From: the human T2T-CHM13v2.0 reference genome, Homo sapiens
Length of the DNA stretch: 64,000 bases
NCBI RefSeq assembly: GCF_009914755.1
Contig: NC_060947.1
Reading direction: 5' to 3' (one strand)
The position numbers were made by a program, and so were the translations under genes. This document shows, one piece after another, positions 63,373 to 64,000 of the stretch. The first letter of the stretch is position 1; every line of letters starts with the position of its first letter. The notes under the pieces are model-generated. The model saw only the letters and a program-made list of their open reading frames with translations, did no database searches and was not told the DNA's origin.

Positions 63373-63633
63373 AGTCTCACTCTGTTGCCCAGGCTGGAGT
63401 GCAGTGGCATGATCACAGCTCACTGTAGCCTCGAATTCCTGGACTCGAGTGATCCTCCTGCCTCAGTCTCCTGTGTAGCTGGGATTACAGGTACATGCTA
63501 CCATGCATGGCTAATTTAAAAAAAATTTTTGTAGAGATGGGGCTCTCACTATATTGCCCAGACTGGTTTTAAACTCCTGGCCTCCAGCAGTCCTCCAGCC
63601 TCAGCCTCCCAAGTCACTGGGATTACAGGCATG
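63373..63633 (-). mobile_element. AluJ-like inserted in a MIR-like element
   Basis: Antisense Alu; MIR-type text (tactgaatgcctaccatgtgccaggcact / aatcctcacaacc) on both sides. Confidence 0.85.
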
Positions 63634-64000
63634 CTTTAAATACTCAATCCTCACAACCACCCCTTGAGGTACCTACTATGCGCAGCCCCTTGAGTGAAGG
63701 GCTCATTGCCCCTACTGCCTGCTGGGAGTGCTGTCAGCAGGCAGCTGCCAGTTGTCAGCTATTCCAGGGACCATCTCAGCTGCAGAGAGCCTCCTCAGCC
63801 AAGGCACTCCCTCCCCTCCAGGGCAGCCCACACCCCATGGTATCAAAGTCTCAGCCATCTCAGCCCAACATGGGATGACTCAGATGGGCCATTTTGGCTC
63901 CAAAACTTTCCACGAATTTGGCCAAGGCTTTTTGAGCCAGTATCACATCATGACTTCTCCCTCTGCCCAATCCTTCTTCCTTTTTGCTTCATAGGTATTG

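Overview
This is primate, almost certainly human, genomic DNA. I recognise the locus as Xp22.12 from the encoded peptides; no database search was run. Two minus-strand genes lie head-to-tail. (1) MAP3K15/ASK3: CpG-island promoter and first coding exon (2146-1786). (2) SH3KBP1/CIN85: the last six coding exons (56096-23296) and a ~2.4-kb 3' UTR with tandem poly(A) signals. All six exons have canonical AG acceptors, the five internal ones have GT donors, and the phases join into one continuous frame ending ...MEVNDIKKALQSK*. The rest is intron or intergenic sequence dense in Alu, L1, MaLR, MER and simple repeats, and almost all other ORFs in the track are Alu-derived or GC-rich shadows. I found no prokaryote-style or otherwise new multi-gene system. 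The most interesting signals are: a micro-inversion between head-to-head Alus indicated by a swapped target-site duplication (7708-8319); gene conversion between near-adjacent inverted Alus (45894-46538); a ~310-bp templated duplication inside an old L1; a twin-primed L1; a fold-back Alu fusion; a 21-bp template-switch hairpin; an Alu tail expanded into a ~600-bp AT VNTR; a candidate internal promoter plus 4-nt microexon or recursive splice site in SH3KBP1 (36355-36680); and SF-1/NBRE/CRE motifs at the MAP3K15 promoter. Repeat boundaries and subfamilies are by eye and approximate.
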